Source: Phallusia mammillata
Lineage: Eukaryota
Reading direction: 5' to 3'
NCBI GenBank assembly: GCA_965637545.1
Contig: OZ281499.1
Span: forward strand, 10,044,001-10,108,000
DNA: 64,000 bases
Under the pieces are notes generated by a model that was given only the letters and a program-made list of their open reading frames with translations, was not told the DNA's origin and did no database searches. Positions 11,205-33,675 of this stretch are shown here, piece by piece. The position numbers and the translations under genes are program-made. The first letter of the stretch is position 1, and every line of letters starts with the position of its first letter.

Positions 11205-11510
11205 CTTCCACATTCTAAAATGTTCGAATCCCACCACAGGCTAGACTTTTTCTAGCCTAGGCTTTGCCATATGGGAATGCTTGGTGTCCGGCTGATTCGG
11301 AAGCGGCTTCAATGGGCCTGGCGTAGAAAGGTTTATAAATAAGTTTGCCGCTATCGCTGGTCTACATGAATACTTCGGGCAAATCCCAGTATGTATTTTT
11401 GTTCATCTTAACGAAATAATGGCATACGAGGCAGACAACGGTGCTTGTGATTCGACTTTCGACGGGCTCACGGCTGAGAGTCCCGGCAAGACTCCTGTCA
11501 TGGTTTTAAA
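11205..11510 (+). mobile_element. tRNA-derived SINE-like repeat, tandem fragments
   Basis: B-box GTTCGAATCCC at about 11222, body GCTAGA...GGGCCTGGCGTA, terminal motif ...GTTCATCTTAA at about 11400, then the start of a second unit (CATACGAGGCAG...). Confidence 0.75.
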
Positions 11511-11938
11511 ACACACCTTTTTCTAAAGCGTTCCACGATCATACGTTTTCCGAGACCATTTTTGTTAACTTGATTTAATACACGGAACATCAGATTTAAA
11601 TTGTTTCGTTAAATCTTGTTACTAAAACCATCATAACATGAAGCAATAATTCAAAAAAGTTAAGAAACCTTGCTTAAAGGATTGAGGAAAGACTCTGCGT
11701 AAGTTATGACTGCAGAAAAAAACACGTTTTGGCTACACTCTATACACATACATATAGTCTGATTACTAGATCACATTAAACTGTTTAAATATTGCAACAA
11801 AAAGACGTAATATAAAACGCTTTGTTAATGTCGATTGAGTCGAGCTTGATCTCCTTGCGCCATTTCTTGCATTGAAAACTCTATGAAAATAAAACTTGAT
11901 GTAGTCAGGCCTGTCTTATTGTTTATTGATGTGGCAAT

Positions 11939-12210
11939 CAGAGTTGTAAGTCGGGCCGGATTCGAATTTGGGCAGGGTTAGGGTTCGGAAGGGGTTCGGG
12001 CTTAGGTTTTTTTCAAAAAACGGGCTTGATTCCGTCAAACAGCCATAAAACGCCTCAAAACCAATTGTTCAAAACCAATTGTCTATTGTGTTTTCTGAGG
12101 CTTCAAGTATAGGCCTGTCAATTAACCTTTCCGGCCTAAACGGGCTTCTCAAAACCGATTCGGGTGCGTGCCGGGTTCGGGTTCTAATTTCAGGCCTGTT
12201 TTTAACTCTG
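11939..12210. mobile_element. hAT MITE (CAGAGTT TIR family)
   Basis: CAGAGTT...AACTCTG termini with a perfect 8-bp TSD GTGGCAAT (11931-11938 and 12211-12218). Confidence 0.9.
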
Positions 12211-12711
12211 GTGGCAATTATTTGGTCCATACTTTTTGTTTGCGTACAATTAGGCATTCTGAACACTTTAATACTTTCCAAACTGTGTTTAGTTTTTGCA
12301 TCAACCAGTTTATAAAACGTAACATCAACTGTATAAGAAACAATTCTATTTAACACTACCTTTGAAACAGATGTAGGCTATTACACTAACCTTCATAAAA
12401 AAGGTTTACGATGTCATCTAACCTTGATATCTTGGTGTCATACCAAATTATTATCCTGCGAATTCAAAAACAAGATGAGTAGAGTAGAGTTTTTGCTTGG
12501 TGAAAGAACATACTGCGACATGATTGCATTGAAAACCACTACCAACATTTGGTAAAGAATGTTGCAATTATTGAAACACCAGCAATTATTATCAAGCAGA
12601 AAGTTAGAATTTATTTTTAAAGACAAAGGATTAAGCAACCCAAAAAATTTTAGTGTATTTTTTTCGAGAAGAACGTTTGCATGTTTTAAAAAGGTCGCGT
12701 ACCATTTAGGC

Positions 12712-12934
12712 CAGGGTTCGGCAACCTTTTTTTGTACTGCGGTCCGTTTTTGAAACTAAATTTTTATCACAGACCAGCCTTCAAAAAACTACAAATATTT
12801 AGCAATAAAAACGCACAAATTAGTTTAGCATTCCCGAGAGACATGAGCAAAATGTTTTTAAGCATTTAACCTGAAAAATTATACGGCTCGGTAACGAACT
12901 CGTCGCGGACCAGTACGGTGGTTGCCGACCACTG
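12712..12934. mobile_element. hAT (Charlie/Buster-type) MITE
   Basis: CAGGGTTCGGCAACC...GGTTGCCGACCACTG termini, 8-bp TSD ATTTAGGC; same family as 21887-22125 and 30012-30244. Confidence 0.92.
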
Positions 12935-14406
12935 ATTTAGGCAGTTTGCAAACAAAAATTTTTACTTTATTACTTACTGTCTGTGCCGACTTAAACTGCG
13001 TGCAGTGGGAAATCCCGCCAAAATAATCAGCAGCGCAGGCAAAATCACATAACCTGTAAGTCTATGCATTTCGTTTCGCTGCTTGAATACAAAACATTTT
13101 TTTGGTTGTACTGTAAACTACTATTCACAAATTTTGGGTTTTGTTGCCGTTAATGGCACAGACAGCACGACACTTTACAAAAACAACGGCATCTCTGTAA
13201 ATGAAACGATTCTTTGCGATGCACTTTTTCCGACACCAGCTACAAAAGACTAAAAGTATCTTTAGTTATCTGAGTTCTTTTGAAATTCGTGTTAACTGAG
13301 CAGAAGAAAATCTCTGCTGCATTCACAAACAATATACTTGCAATGGTCTTTAACGTACTCAAGCAGAGAGTTAGTTCGGGTCTGACTTTACATTTTAGGT
13401 TCGAAATTAGGGTTAGAACCCTATTGAAAACGGCTCTAAACTTTGGTTCGCAACTTAAACCAATATGAAATTACAACACGAGAGTAAAGTAAGTCCAATC
13501 TAAGCCTATATGTTGTTGAACCTGTCCTAAACCCTACCCGAATCTAGCTATACACCTACAACCTTAACTCAAGGATTTATACTACGAATTAATATAAAGG
13601 ACATTGCTTGCAATTTTGTGCGAATCTTCTTAACTTTGCATTTCTTTTAATTGTATGTTGAACCTAAACAAAAATATCTGGCCTGTTAGTTGTTGTAATG
13701 CAGGCATACAAGTCTCGACTAGCAGATAACAGAAGGGCAAATGAAATGGGTAAAATCATCAGTGAAGTTTCTTTGTCTTTCATTTAGCAAGAAAATTGGC
13801 GTCATACTATGGAATTACCATACTATTGTTTTCATTCGTTTTGAATCATTTCCTATTTGCGGTGTTTGTGTGGTTTTCAGCAGTAGGTGGCAAACCTTGC
13901 ATTTTATCAACAGGTTTCACAAACAACTAATTAAGGTAGTAATCATAATTCAGATGAGGATTGAAATTATTTTTTTTTATTGTTGCTCAGCGGTTTTAAT
14001 ATTTTTTAACGGAAACAACGAGGTTTAAAAAGCCAATATAACTCGTCTTACGAAAAAAGGCAATCCATCTTTGGTTAGCGACAAACATTTAATGGCGAGT
14101 CAACAGTTGGAGCGAAGTAGGTAATCTTTTTTTTCGGGGTCTCTTAATGATGCATTACGACCCTGATCATACCATTGTAAAACACAACCAGTGTTGTTCT
14201 ACTTTGTTTCCGATGACACACTACAAACACAATGGACAACAGTTATTTTCCGTTTCCCTGTCGGAAAGGCGACTAGTTCAATTAGATTAACGTGCGTTAA
14301 CCTGTTATGGCAGTTCGACAATAATCATTTTCTTGGGGTTGTGGTCAGTTGGTAAGGGCAACGCTGGTCACTACTTGTGCGTTTTGAGAACCGAGGCCCC
14401 ATAACT

Positions 14407-24898
<10,492 letters not shown>

Positions 24899-25146
24899 TA
24901 TTTATTCGTACTCGAGTGTATTTTGTCAATTTTTCTTGAAATACAATACAGTATACCCGGTGAAAGCTTATACGAAGCGCTGTCGTCAGATTTTGTGCCC
25001 ATTCCTTCCGGCGCTTGAAATTATCCGGCAGGGTTTCTTGATCCAACAATTGTGTCATTTACTATTTTGTGCTCCATAACGTTTCAAATTTGCGCAACTA
25101 CTTACGGTTTTTTTTTATTTTCCGGCGAAATAAACTTAACTCGGAC

Positions 25147-25225
25147 ATGTGCGGATGATCAATGGTTACTAATTAGGCTACGTCGCCTACCCTTGGCAAT
25201 TGCCCCCCATTGATCATCCGCACAT
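25147..25225. repeat. 79-nt hairpin with a 19-bp perfect stem
   Basis: ATGTGCGGATGATCAATGG (25147-25165) pairs with CCATTGATCATCCGCACAT (25207-25225). Confidence 0.85.
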
Positions 25226-25730
25226 AGAAAATTGTGCATTACCTACCTGCTGGAATTTATTTGTAACGCTAGTGCACTATGTAACTTGATATGGCAGAGT
25301 ACTAACAATATTTGTGTCAATTGTGTTGCAAAGCGTGGTGGTCGAATTTTTTTTTTGGCCAAACAGCAGTTTGATTAACATCAGTGGGCAATAGTTGAAT
25401 GGCCCAAACCGGACGTTTTAAGTTCACTTCGCAGCAAATCGTAAGCGGTTAGTCACTGCATGGGAATCGGGCAGCAACGATATTTTACATAAAAGTGTTT
25501 TTCTGTTGCGTGATTTACATTGTTTGCGATTCAAGCTCTGTGTTAAGAGCGGGAGAGGAAATGCTCAGTAGCTGCATATTTATCGATGGCGTCACTTATG
25601 GCATGTGACAACTTTATAGTTTAGTGAATGGTTAATGTTTGGCTAACTTCGGCGAATGCCAACCATTTTACTCATTAGCAAGAACAGGTTGTCAGGCAGA
25701 TTTTTGTGCAAAGGTTGAAACAATCTTAGA

Positions 25731-28700
25731 ATGACTTCAACAAGCCCAGTGAGTAGAACTCGTGAATATTTTTAAGTTTAAACGTTTCAGCAGCAAAAGA
25801 TTTTGGTAATTATCTGCATTGTCTTGTAATTGAACAGTTACAAGAACTGGACTGCGAGGACATCACGTGTGATCTTAAAGAATTTATGGCCGGTTCAGAA
25901 GGTTTTGGGGATGTTCTGTTTGGCTATCACAATGGTTTCAAGAAAGAGGTTGCAATAAAAGTTTTTGAGGTCATTGGTGAACAACGCAAAAGGTCATTGC
26001 TAGTAAACATGTAAGTTAAAGATTATCATCATCAACATTTTTTATCACCTTAAACCACAATAGCCTTCTAAATTGTAACGTTGTTAGGATAATGGAAGAA
26101 ATGGAACACTTGCAGAAAGCAGATCATGAAAATGTGGTTCGAATACTTGGCTACGTCAAATGGTCTTTTGCAATGGGAATTGTGATGGAATTTTGCAAAG
26201 GTGGAGATTTAGAAACTTTACTCATGGATACATCTAAAGAGCTCGGCTTTGCAGTGCGCGTTCGCATTTTGTTTGAAATAGCATCAGCATTGGCCTTCTG
26301 TCACAATCTACCTGATAAACGTTTAATTCACCAGGACCTAAAACCTAGAAACGTGTTGCTTACTGAAGAACTAAAATGCAAGTTAGCTGACTTTGGTAGC
26401 TCCGAACTGGCAACACATAGTACTTCGGCAACAGTGAATCCTACATTACGAAGCAAAAAAGAAAGGCCCCAATTCACCCCTTATTACACTGCTCCTGAAA
26501 AATTGAGCGATCTTACCATGAAACCAAGAAAGGAACAAGACGTTTACGCCTTTGCAATGCTAATTTATTGGGTCTTGACTCGTAAGACTCCTTATCCACA
26601 TCTGGCAGAAGAGGAGCGAAGGGAGTTGAAGAAAAAGAAATCGCAAAGCAACTCCAACTACTGATGAAGCGATGCTGGGCTCAAGATCCCACAAAACGTC
26701 CCACAATGACTGAGGTAAAGGAAGAGTTAAAACTGCACTTGGAAAAGCAAAAAGTCACCAAGCTACTTTCCCAAGTTTTGACGACTTTAAAGCAAATGGA
26801 TTTGGACGACCAACCGCAAGCCAGCGAAAGTCATCGCGTTCCTCTTTATTACTTTTCAACACGTTCCAGAAGTTTTCATGGTAAAGTAACAAACCAAGTT
26901 ATAATGTTTTAATCAACAAAGGGTAACTCTGTGAAACAGATCATAGCACCCGGGCGTAGTTAATGTCTCCGGGGGAACTTGCAGTAATGGTAAAAGTGTT
27001 AATGTAAACCTATTTGTGACAAACGATCTGCTTTCCTTAGACATGTTACTTTTTTTTAAACGGCAACATAGCGAATCAAACATAAAAACTTTAGCCTAAT
27101 ACCCAGCTATGTTTTTAGTTTCGCATCAGGTGACACCGGGGGAGGGTCAAGCGAACCAGCAAGGGGCGCACAGAAGAATCCTTCTTCTCAACAAGAGGAA
27201 ATCCCAACCTCTAGCGGATCACCCAACCTGGGTATGAGACAAAAACCTCGTTTCTTGCTGTTTGCGATAATGTATTATAAGATTGGCCTGTGCGGACTTG
27301 TGCAGACGTGAGAAACGGTATTTTAAGTCAACAACCAAAATATCAAACACGGAAGCGTCAATTCAGGCCGAAACTTTTAATGCATAACGACATGTTGCTG
27401 AGCTGCAAGATAATGTTAAGATAACTTTGCTGGATGTTTGTTAACGAGAATAGGGTCGCAACCAATGGCTGCCAGTTGAAAGTCAATATTTGTCCAATGG
27501 CAACTAGCAGCTCAAACAAATTCCCTTGTTAACGTGAACAGATTGTCAGAAAGTTGTAATATTTTGGTATTTATATTCCTCATAGGTAAGATAAGGCAAC
27601 GTCAAAAATTATATTAAAGTCTCATACAAATATATATTAGCTCCCTCGACACCAAGTGGCAGTAAAAGCAAAACGACCAAGCCACCAGAGGACGTACAAC
27701 AAGCACCGTCTACATCTTCTTCCCAACAAGAACAAGTTGCCTCTACTAACACGCCACAACCACCGGGTAATTCTGACAACGTTAATACGTGGCTTTGTGG
27801 TCGGCAACCGCCGGGCCGCGACATGGTGCCGATCCGCGACGATTTGGTTACCGGTCCGTATACTTTTTCAGGTTAAATGCTTTAAAACATTTTGCCCACC
27901 TATCTCTGCCATGATAAACTAACTTAGGCGTTTTCATTGCTCAGTATTTGTAGTTTTTAAGTCGGCGTGGTGGCCAAACTTTGTTTAACCGAAAATAAGG
28001 TTGGGACCCAGGGAAATCACAATCCAGCAATGCTGGTCGTTTGCCTCTTTTCATAAACCCAAGGGCGGATTATTTAACTCCGGGATTAAAGGCAAGTAAT
28101 CGACACTTTTAAGGGAACGTATAAGACTACATTACGTAAAACAGATAAATCTCTGCCATATCGCCCAACCAACATTGACCTAAAATTTAAAGAACGCAAA
28201 GCTTCTCCGACCGCGATGACCTCTAACACGGCTGGCCACTCATGGCTACAGTCGTAAGAAAGATTGCATTTTTACCATGCTTGAGTGGGTAGCCTAGTGT
28301 TATCAGGATTTTAGCATGATCATGATCACCGTTCACAATGTTTAACTTCGCTTTTGCTGAAGTGTTGACTTAGTATCAGTCATGGAACTTTGTACCTTGA
28401 CAAAACCGAAAGAAAAATGTCGTCCCAGCAACCTTGACGTGACGTTAGGGAATCCCGCGACATAACGCAATTGTAAAAGAGCCCTCCGGACAAAACACTT
28501 AACCAGGAATCACCAAATTAAAGTCTGCCGCAAAATATTACGAAAACTAAGGGTAATTGGGATTTAATGTAAATCCACAAGACTCTTTTTAGAATCGGAG
28601 CAATGCCGATTACCTAATAATTAAATATATTTTTATTTATCTGAACTAACGTTAAACTGTAATTACAGATTTCCATGCATATGACTGCACTTATTTCGTT

Positions 28701-29462
28701 CAAAAATATGGAAAATTACTAAGAAAGAGAAAGTATGACGAGGCAGAAAAGGCAAAACAACAATTTTCAAGGTTATTCGAAGATCAACGAGCGGTCACTG
28801 CCGAAGATTTGAAAGCAGAAGCTACAAGGCGTAAAAATGGGGGCAAATTCTGGGAAGCAATTTTGTTTTTAAGGGTTGCCGCAGATTTCTACGCAACAAA
28901 AACCCCCGACTTCGCTGTAGCGAGAAGTGTAGTGGATTGTATGGAGGAAATTCGAGAAACAATTGAACTTCTGATGGAAAATTCTGATTTTTTGTCGGAA
29001 TCAAATAACAAAGAGATTGTGCGCGATCACGTGATACAAGTCATGTTTTACATGGCTCAGCAAATACACAACCTTCGAATAAACGAAAAAATTCGATGTC
29101 AACTGGAGGCTCGGTGTTTGGTTCATATTGAAATGACTCAAGGTTACATCGGGGATTTGGCATCGGAAAAATCAACAATAGAACATGGACTTGAACTTAT
29201 GGAAACGCAGTTCGGAAATCAAAGTTCAAAGTTTTACATCTACGGGTCCTTGTTGCACAATCTTGGTGCTTTATACAGTGAAACTTCACAGATCGCCAAA
29301 GCAATCGAATATTTCGGAAAAGCAATCGAAGCATATAAAAATGCGGAGGATTTAACAGAGGAAGAACGAGAAGAATTTATTGCAAACAGTGAGAACGATT
29401 TAAACAATGAAACGTTGGACAGGTCACAACGTATGCACCTATTCTCAAGTATTTGTCAGTGA
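25731..29462 (+). CDS. RIPK-like (TKL group) Ser/Thr kinase - S/P/Q-rich linker - TPR-like C-terminal domain; frameshifted near 26590-26625 in this sequence (pseudogene, null allele or assembly error)
   Basis: Exons 25731-25748, 25838-26010, 26088-26880, 27130-27231, 27641-27766, 28669-29462. Motifs GSEGFG, VAIK, HQDLKPRNVLL, DFG, YTAPE, DVYAFAM, then LMKRCWAQDPTKRP in a different frame. C-terminal YGSLLHNLGALYSETSQIAKAIEYFGKAIEAYKN is TPR-like. Confidence 0.85.
27795..27900. mobile_element. Fragment of the GTGGTCGGCAACC hAT MITE family
   Basis: GTGGTCGGCAACCGCCGGGCCGCG... matches the 30012 and 22125 copies. Confidence 0.7.
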
Positions 29463-30011
29463 GACAACTGTTGAAAAGAATCATTTTTTTGTAAATATTC
29501 GTTTGATTTTCTTGGCTTTGTGTGTAGGCTAAACGCTATATTCTGGGTTGAATATTTCTTAGCCTGAACCCGACCCGAAAAGCCAGGCGCGACTTACAAC
29601 TGTGCAGTGAGGACACTTTATTTTCCAGTAAAACAACTAAGCCCAAGTGGCAAATGTAAAGTTAGCTTTGTTTAGCAACTTTAACCTTTTGTGGACCTGA
29701 AAATAACGTTATTGATCGCGCGTACCTGCCCATTAGTTTTATTCGTTTCGTATTTTTCTAGGTCGCGGTTACCTTAAGTAAAATCTATGATCTGTTGTTT
29801 GCTGGAGCATAAACGTGCATAACTTGCACACGTTAGGCAATTAAGTGACGTGCAGCTAATATTAAGTTGTACGCAGATCTAAATTCAGTTCCAGCACACA
29901 CCAAACTATTTTATAGCTGTGTATTTTTCCTTCTTCAAAAGTTTTAACCCCTGCTGTACATTTATGTTTGAAGTTTTAATAAAGTCAGATATCCACTCAA
30001 GTCTACGAAAA

Positions 30012-30244
30012 CAGTGGTCGGCAACCGTCGGGCCGCGGCACGTACCGGTCTGCGAGGAGTTCGTTACCGGACCGTATAATTTTCAAGGTAAATGGTATAA
30101 ATCATTTTCTTTGTGCATCCTGGGGATGATAAATCAATTGTAGGCGTTTCTATTGCTGAATATTTGTAGTTTTTCTAAAGGCCGGTCCGTGATAAAATTT
30201 CACTTTTTAAAACGGTCCGCAGTGCAAAATAGGTTGCCGACCTG
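30012..30244. mobile_element. hAT MITE (CAGTGGTCGGCAACC family)
   Basis: CAGTGGTCGGCAACC...GGTTGCCGACCTG; reverse orientation of the 12712/21887 family; no clear TSD. Confidence 0.85.
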
Positions 30245-31446
30245 CAATACACACAGTCTAAGACAGTGGTTCTCAACCTTACGTGGACCGTGTCCCCCTA
30301 AAATTAACTTTTGGCCCTCGTGGCACCCTTCAAGTAACCCTGTAAGTCCTGTGGACCCCTGAAAATGTAAATGGCAATCTCATGTTGGAATTCGGTTGTT
30401 ACTTCGGCTTTAAACAGGTCGAATAGAGTAAATAGGAATCCGTAATCGTGAAAAACCTCAATATAGACAAACAGTATGTGAAATAGTCCATTAAGTTAGG
30501 GAATAAAATTAAAAAGAAAATGGCTTTTAGTGGATGTTCCTGGTGAATCTACACCCGTCGCCCCTTGAAATACAGCTCGTAGTCCATCGCATCAATGAGT
30601 CGAAAAATATAATCCATTGCAATAACATGACCCGTAGTGTGAGGTTACTGTTTGACTAACGATGAAATAAAAATCTTGTAGAGTAGCCCGCATTTCATTT
30701 CGAATTTCAAAACAGCTTTGTGGCTCCCAGCGTCTTTTTACTGTGTGAAGATTGCGTATTGCGTCAACGTGCGTATAATCGGATGCGAAAAACGGTCCGT
30801 GGTTATAAAATTGCAATACAGATGTGAAAAATAAAAACTCCTCACATATTATTCTTGTTCAAAACATCTTTCCTGCAGTATTCTATGGTAGCATATTGTT
30901 TGAGTCCATCCCTTACACAATATCACACACATATAGGGCCTAGTAGGTTTATTACAAATATGGAGCATAAATCATTTGATTTTCATACCTGTGCTGTTAT
31001 TTATAAATCTTGAACCATTGGATTTTTTGCCTACTTTTTACATAGGTGTCTCATATGTCACTTTTCTTTGTAATACATCACAAAATGAAGAACAACATAA
31101 ACCTATTCCAATGTACAAGAAAAAGGTTTTAAAGTAATTATATTGTAAAAACCACAACATTTCTATCATCATTAAAAAAGTATCCACGTTGTAATAAAAA
31201 TTAGTTAAATTACCTGTTAAACCAAATTCTGCTGCAATTGAAAAACAGGCATTTAAGGTATGTTACTATTCATCACAGTACATGGGATATTTTACACAAA
31301 GCAGGTTTTCTCCAACTAGTTCAATTATATAAATAATTTCTTTTGTTGAGATTGGGCAATCAAACTTTCCAAAAATGAACTTATTCTGATAACTTTTAGG
31401 TGCACATTTCACAGTTTGTAGCAGAAACATCAACCAGTACCTAAGT

Positions 31447-31658
31447 CAGTGGACCTTTTTTTCCTTGCTGCACCCCTTTCAAATCACCAACCAATTTTCG
31501 CACCCCCTTTCAAATCACCAACCAATTTTCGCTCCCCCTTCTGTAATTGCCTAAATAGAATATACCTAACCAACCTTAATGATTCAGCATCCCCGCACCT
31601 ACTAGGAACAGTCCTCGCATCCCTTGGGGGTGCGTGCACCCCTGGTTAAGAACCCCTG
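31447..31658. mobile_element. hAT MITE
   Basis: CAGTGG...AACCCCTG flanked by 8-bp TSD ACCTAAGT; contains an internal tandem duplication of about 30 bp. Confidence 0.8.
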
Positions 31659-32099
31659 ACCTAAGTGCATGAAAACGACAACAATGGGATTATGACTTCA
31701 TAAATAACTTCCCAAATATTAATACAGCATATATGCTATAGTTCCGAATTTCTAAACTCTGGTGCTTTACTTGCAGTTTCCTTTTTCTGAATAATTGCGA
31801 TCAACAGAGAGCAGTAGGTAAGTGCCTGAAATGTGTTATGAACTGACTCTTTCGTGACCCCTGTCCCCTTTGGATACCCGAAAACTATTGTTACTTACAT
31901 TATTAGCTGTTGTATCCCGCTGTTGTTCTGCGTTCCAGTCGAGTTCAAAGTCTGTTCTTTTCTAAGAAACCTTGCATATTTTACCTTAACTTATTAGTGG
32001 AAACAAGAGGGCTTCAAGTCTCGTGATTTGTTCAAAATAATTGATACTAATCAATCAATCTAGAAATTACTCTCAGGTTTGCACTATCTCTAGACCGAA

Positions 32100-32260
32100 A
32101 ATCGCATGCGTACGTCCGAAAAAAAATAGCATTCTGTGTTTACTCGACGGAAGGCGGCGGACCGAAATTGACGCGCGTATACGCATGACGGACCAAAACA
32201 GAAAACGGATTGGCGACCCACAAGCACCAAGCAGTGATGACGTCAATTACCAAAAGAAAG
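32100..32260. promoter_or_regulatory. CpG-rich promoter-like island (possible divergent promoter upstream of APPL)
   Basis: Dense CpG, CGGAAG (ETS-like), ATTGG (CCAAT), TGACGTCA at 32238-32245. Function is inference. Confidence 0.4.
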
Positions 32261-32813
32261 CAATTGTTTGCGCACAACTATACTTTTGGTCTTGATTGTG
32301 ATTTAACAAACTGCCTGTGCCTTTGGATTCTAATCTTTTAGCGTTGTAATCCCATGAGACTAGAAAAAATTAACACATGTCGTGGCAGGAACATTTTCGC
32401 ATGAACTACATTTTTTTGTAAAAAAATATTAATCTGATTTTACCAACCTAAAAAACACGGTCAGGGGCCGGATTAAATGATCTCGCGGGACGTAGTTTGG
32501 TGATCCCCTGCTGCATATTACCGAATTTACTTGTCTACTCTATACATCTGTTCTAACACCCCCGACTCCGACTTATGCCAACTCCCTCAACTGCTTATTT
32601 ATTCTCAAACTCCCATCTATTCTGATAGCGCCCACAGAAACACTGGTGTATGTATGAAAGTTTTGTGCCATAACTGCTGCCTAATTGTACGAAAATTAAT
32701 TTTTTTTCTCGTAATCTAGTGTGAAATCAGTTAATTTAAGTGTTATCATAGACATCCGGGTGCTCAATGGTGTGATACAAGTTTTGCAACTACATTTACC
32801 TGCTAGTTTATTC

Positions 32814-33365
32814 CAGGGCTGCCACTCCTCGGGATTTTTCCCAAGATCTTGGGATTTCAGTGCTGAGCTTGGGATCTTGGGATCTTGGGAAAAACTTTTC
32901 AAACCTTGGAATTTTTTGAAATTATTCATTTAATGCGTTTAAGATTCAATTAATACTATTCTTGCAAACAAACATGATCCGTTTGCAAAAATCATCTTTT
33001 TATCTAACGATTAGCGTGACAGTGCTTCATAAATTTTGTGTTCGAAGCCGTGTAAGTTGATTGAATTTCCCTGTCAAAACAAGTAAGTTCGGCCAGTACT
33101 ACACGCTTTTCGATGTATCATGTGCCAGTAAAAAAAGTATACAAAAAATGTTTTTTCTTTTGCATTTTTCGGGTACGTATTTCTTTTTTTCAAAGGTACG
33201 TGATGGCTGGGACCTGGTGTAACCATAAAAATTATGCTTCCTGCGCCAGCTAGGATTTAAACTGTGTATCTGCCATGTTTTCGTTATCTTGGGATTTTTG
33301 GACAAACCTTGGGATTTTTTGTGAGGGAACCTTGGGATATCTTAAAAATCTCAGTGGCAGCCCTG
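32814..33365. mobile_element. hAT MITE (CAGGGCTGCCACT TIR)
   Basis: CAGGGCTGCCACT...AGTGGCAGCCCTG, subterminal CTTGGGAT repeats, TSD GTTTATTC. Confidence 0.92.
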
Positions 33366-33384
33366 GTTTATTCGTTTCCAACCG

Positions 33385-33430
33385 GTATTTGGCAGTGACG
33401 TCATTTTTGGTTTCTCACGTGACATTGCGT
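33385..33430 (+). promoter_or_regulatory. Probable APPL core promoter (CRE plus E-box)
   Basis: TGACGTCA at 33396-33403 and CACGTG about 14 bp downstream, roughly 270 bp upstream of the APPL ATG. Confidence 0.45.
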
Positions 33431-33675
33431 TGAGAAAATAAACAGCAGCAAATCCGAGTAAAACAAACTAATAAAATCTTGCAGCAATGTTGCATTGTAC
33501 AGCGATTGTGATTGTTTTTGGTGACTTGAATTAAACAAATGTATGGTGTATTTTTCAGTTGATGCTGTAAGTAAAGAAAATTAAACTGTCGCCTTCAAAT
33601 TTAGCACGTAAAATAGTATTTGTCATTTCATGCTGTTTTGACTGGTGAATCTTGGGCCTTTAACTCAGTATTAAA

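Noticed and set aside
13007-13016. Perfect kappa-B site GGGAAATCCC 1.4 kb upstream of the protease (partial sites at about 28012 and 28448 in the kinase intron)
   Set aside because: One or two matches to the degenerate consensus are expected by chance in 64 kb at this base composition; no cluster.
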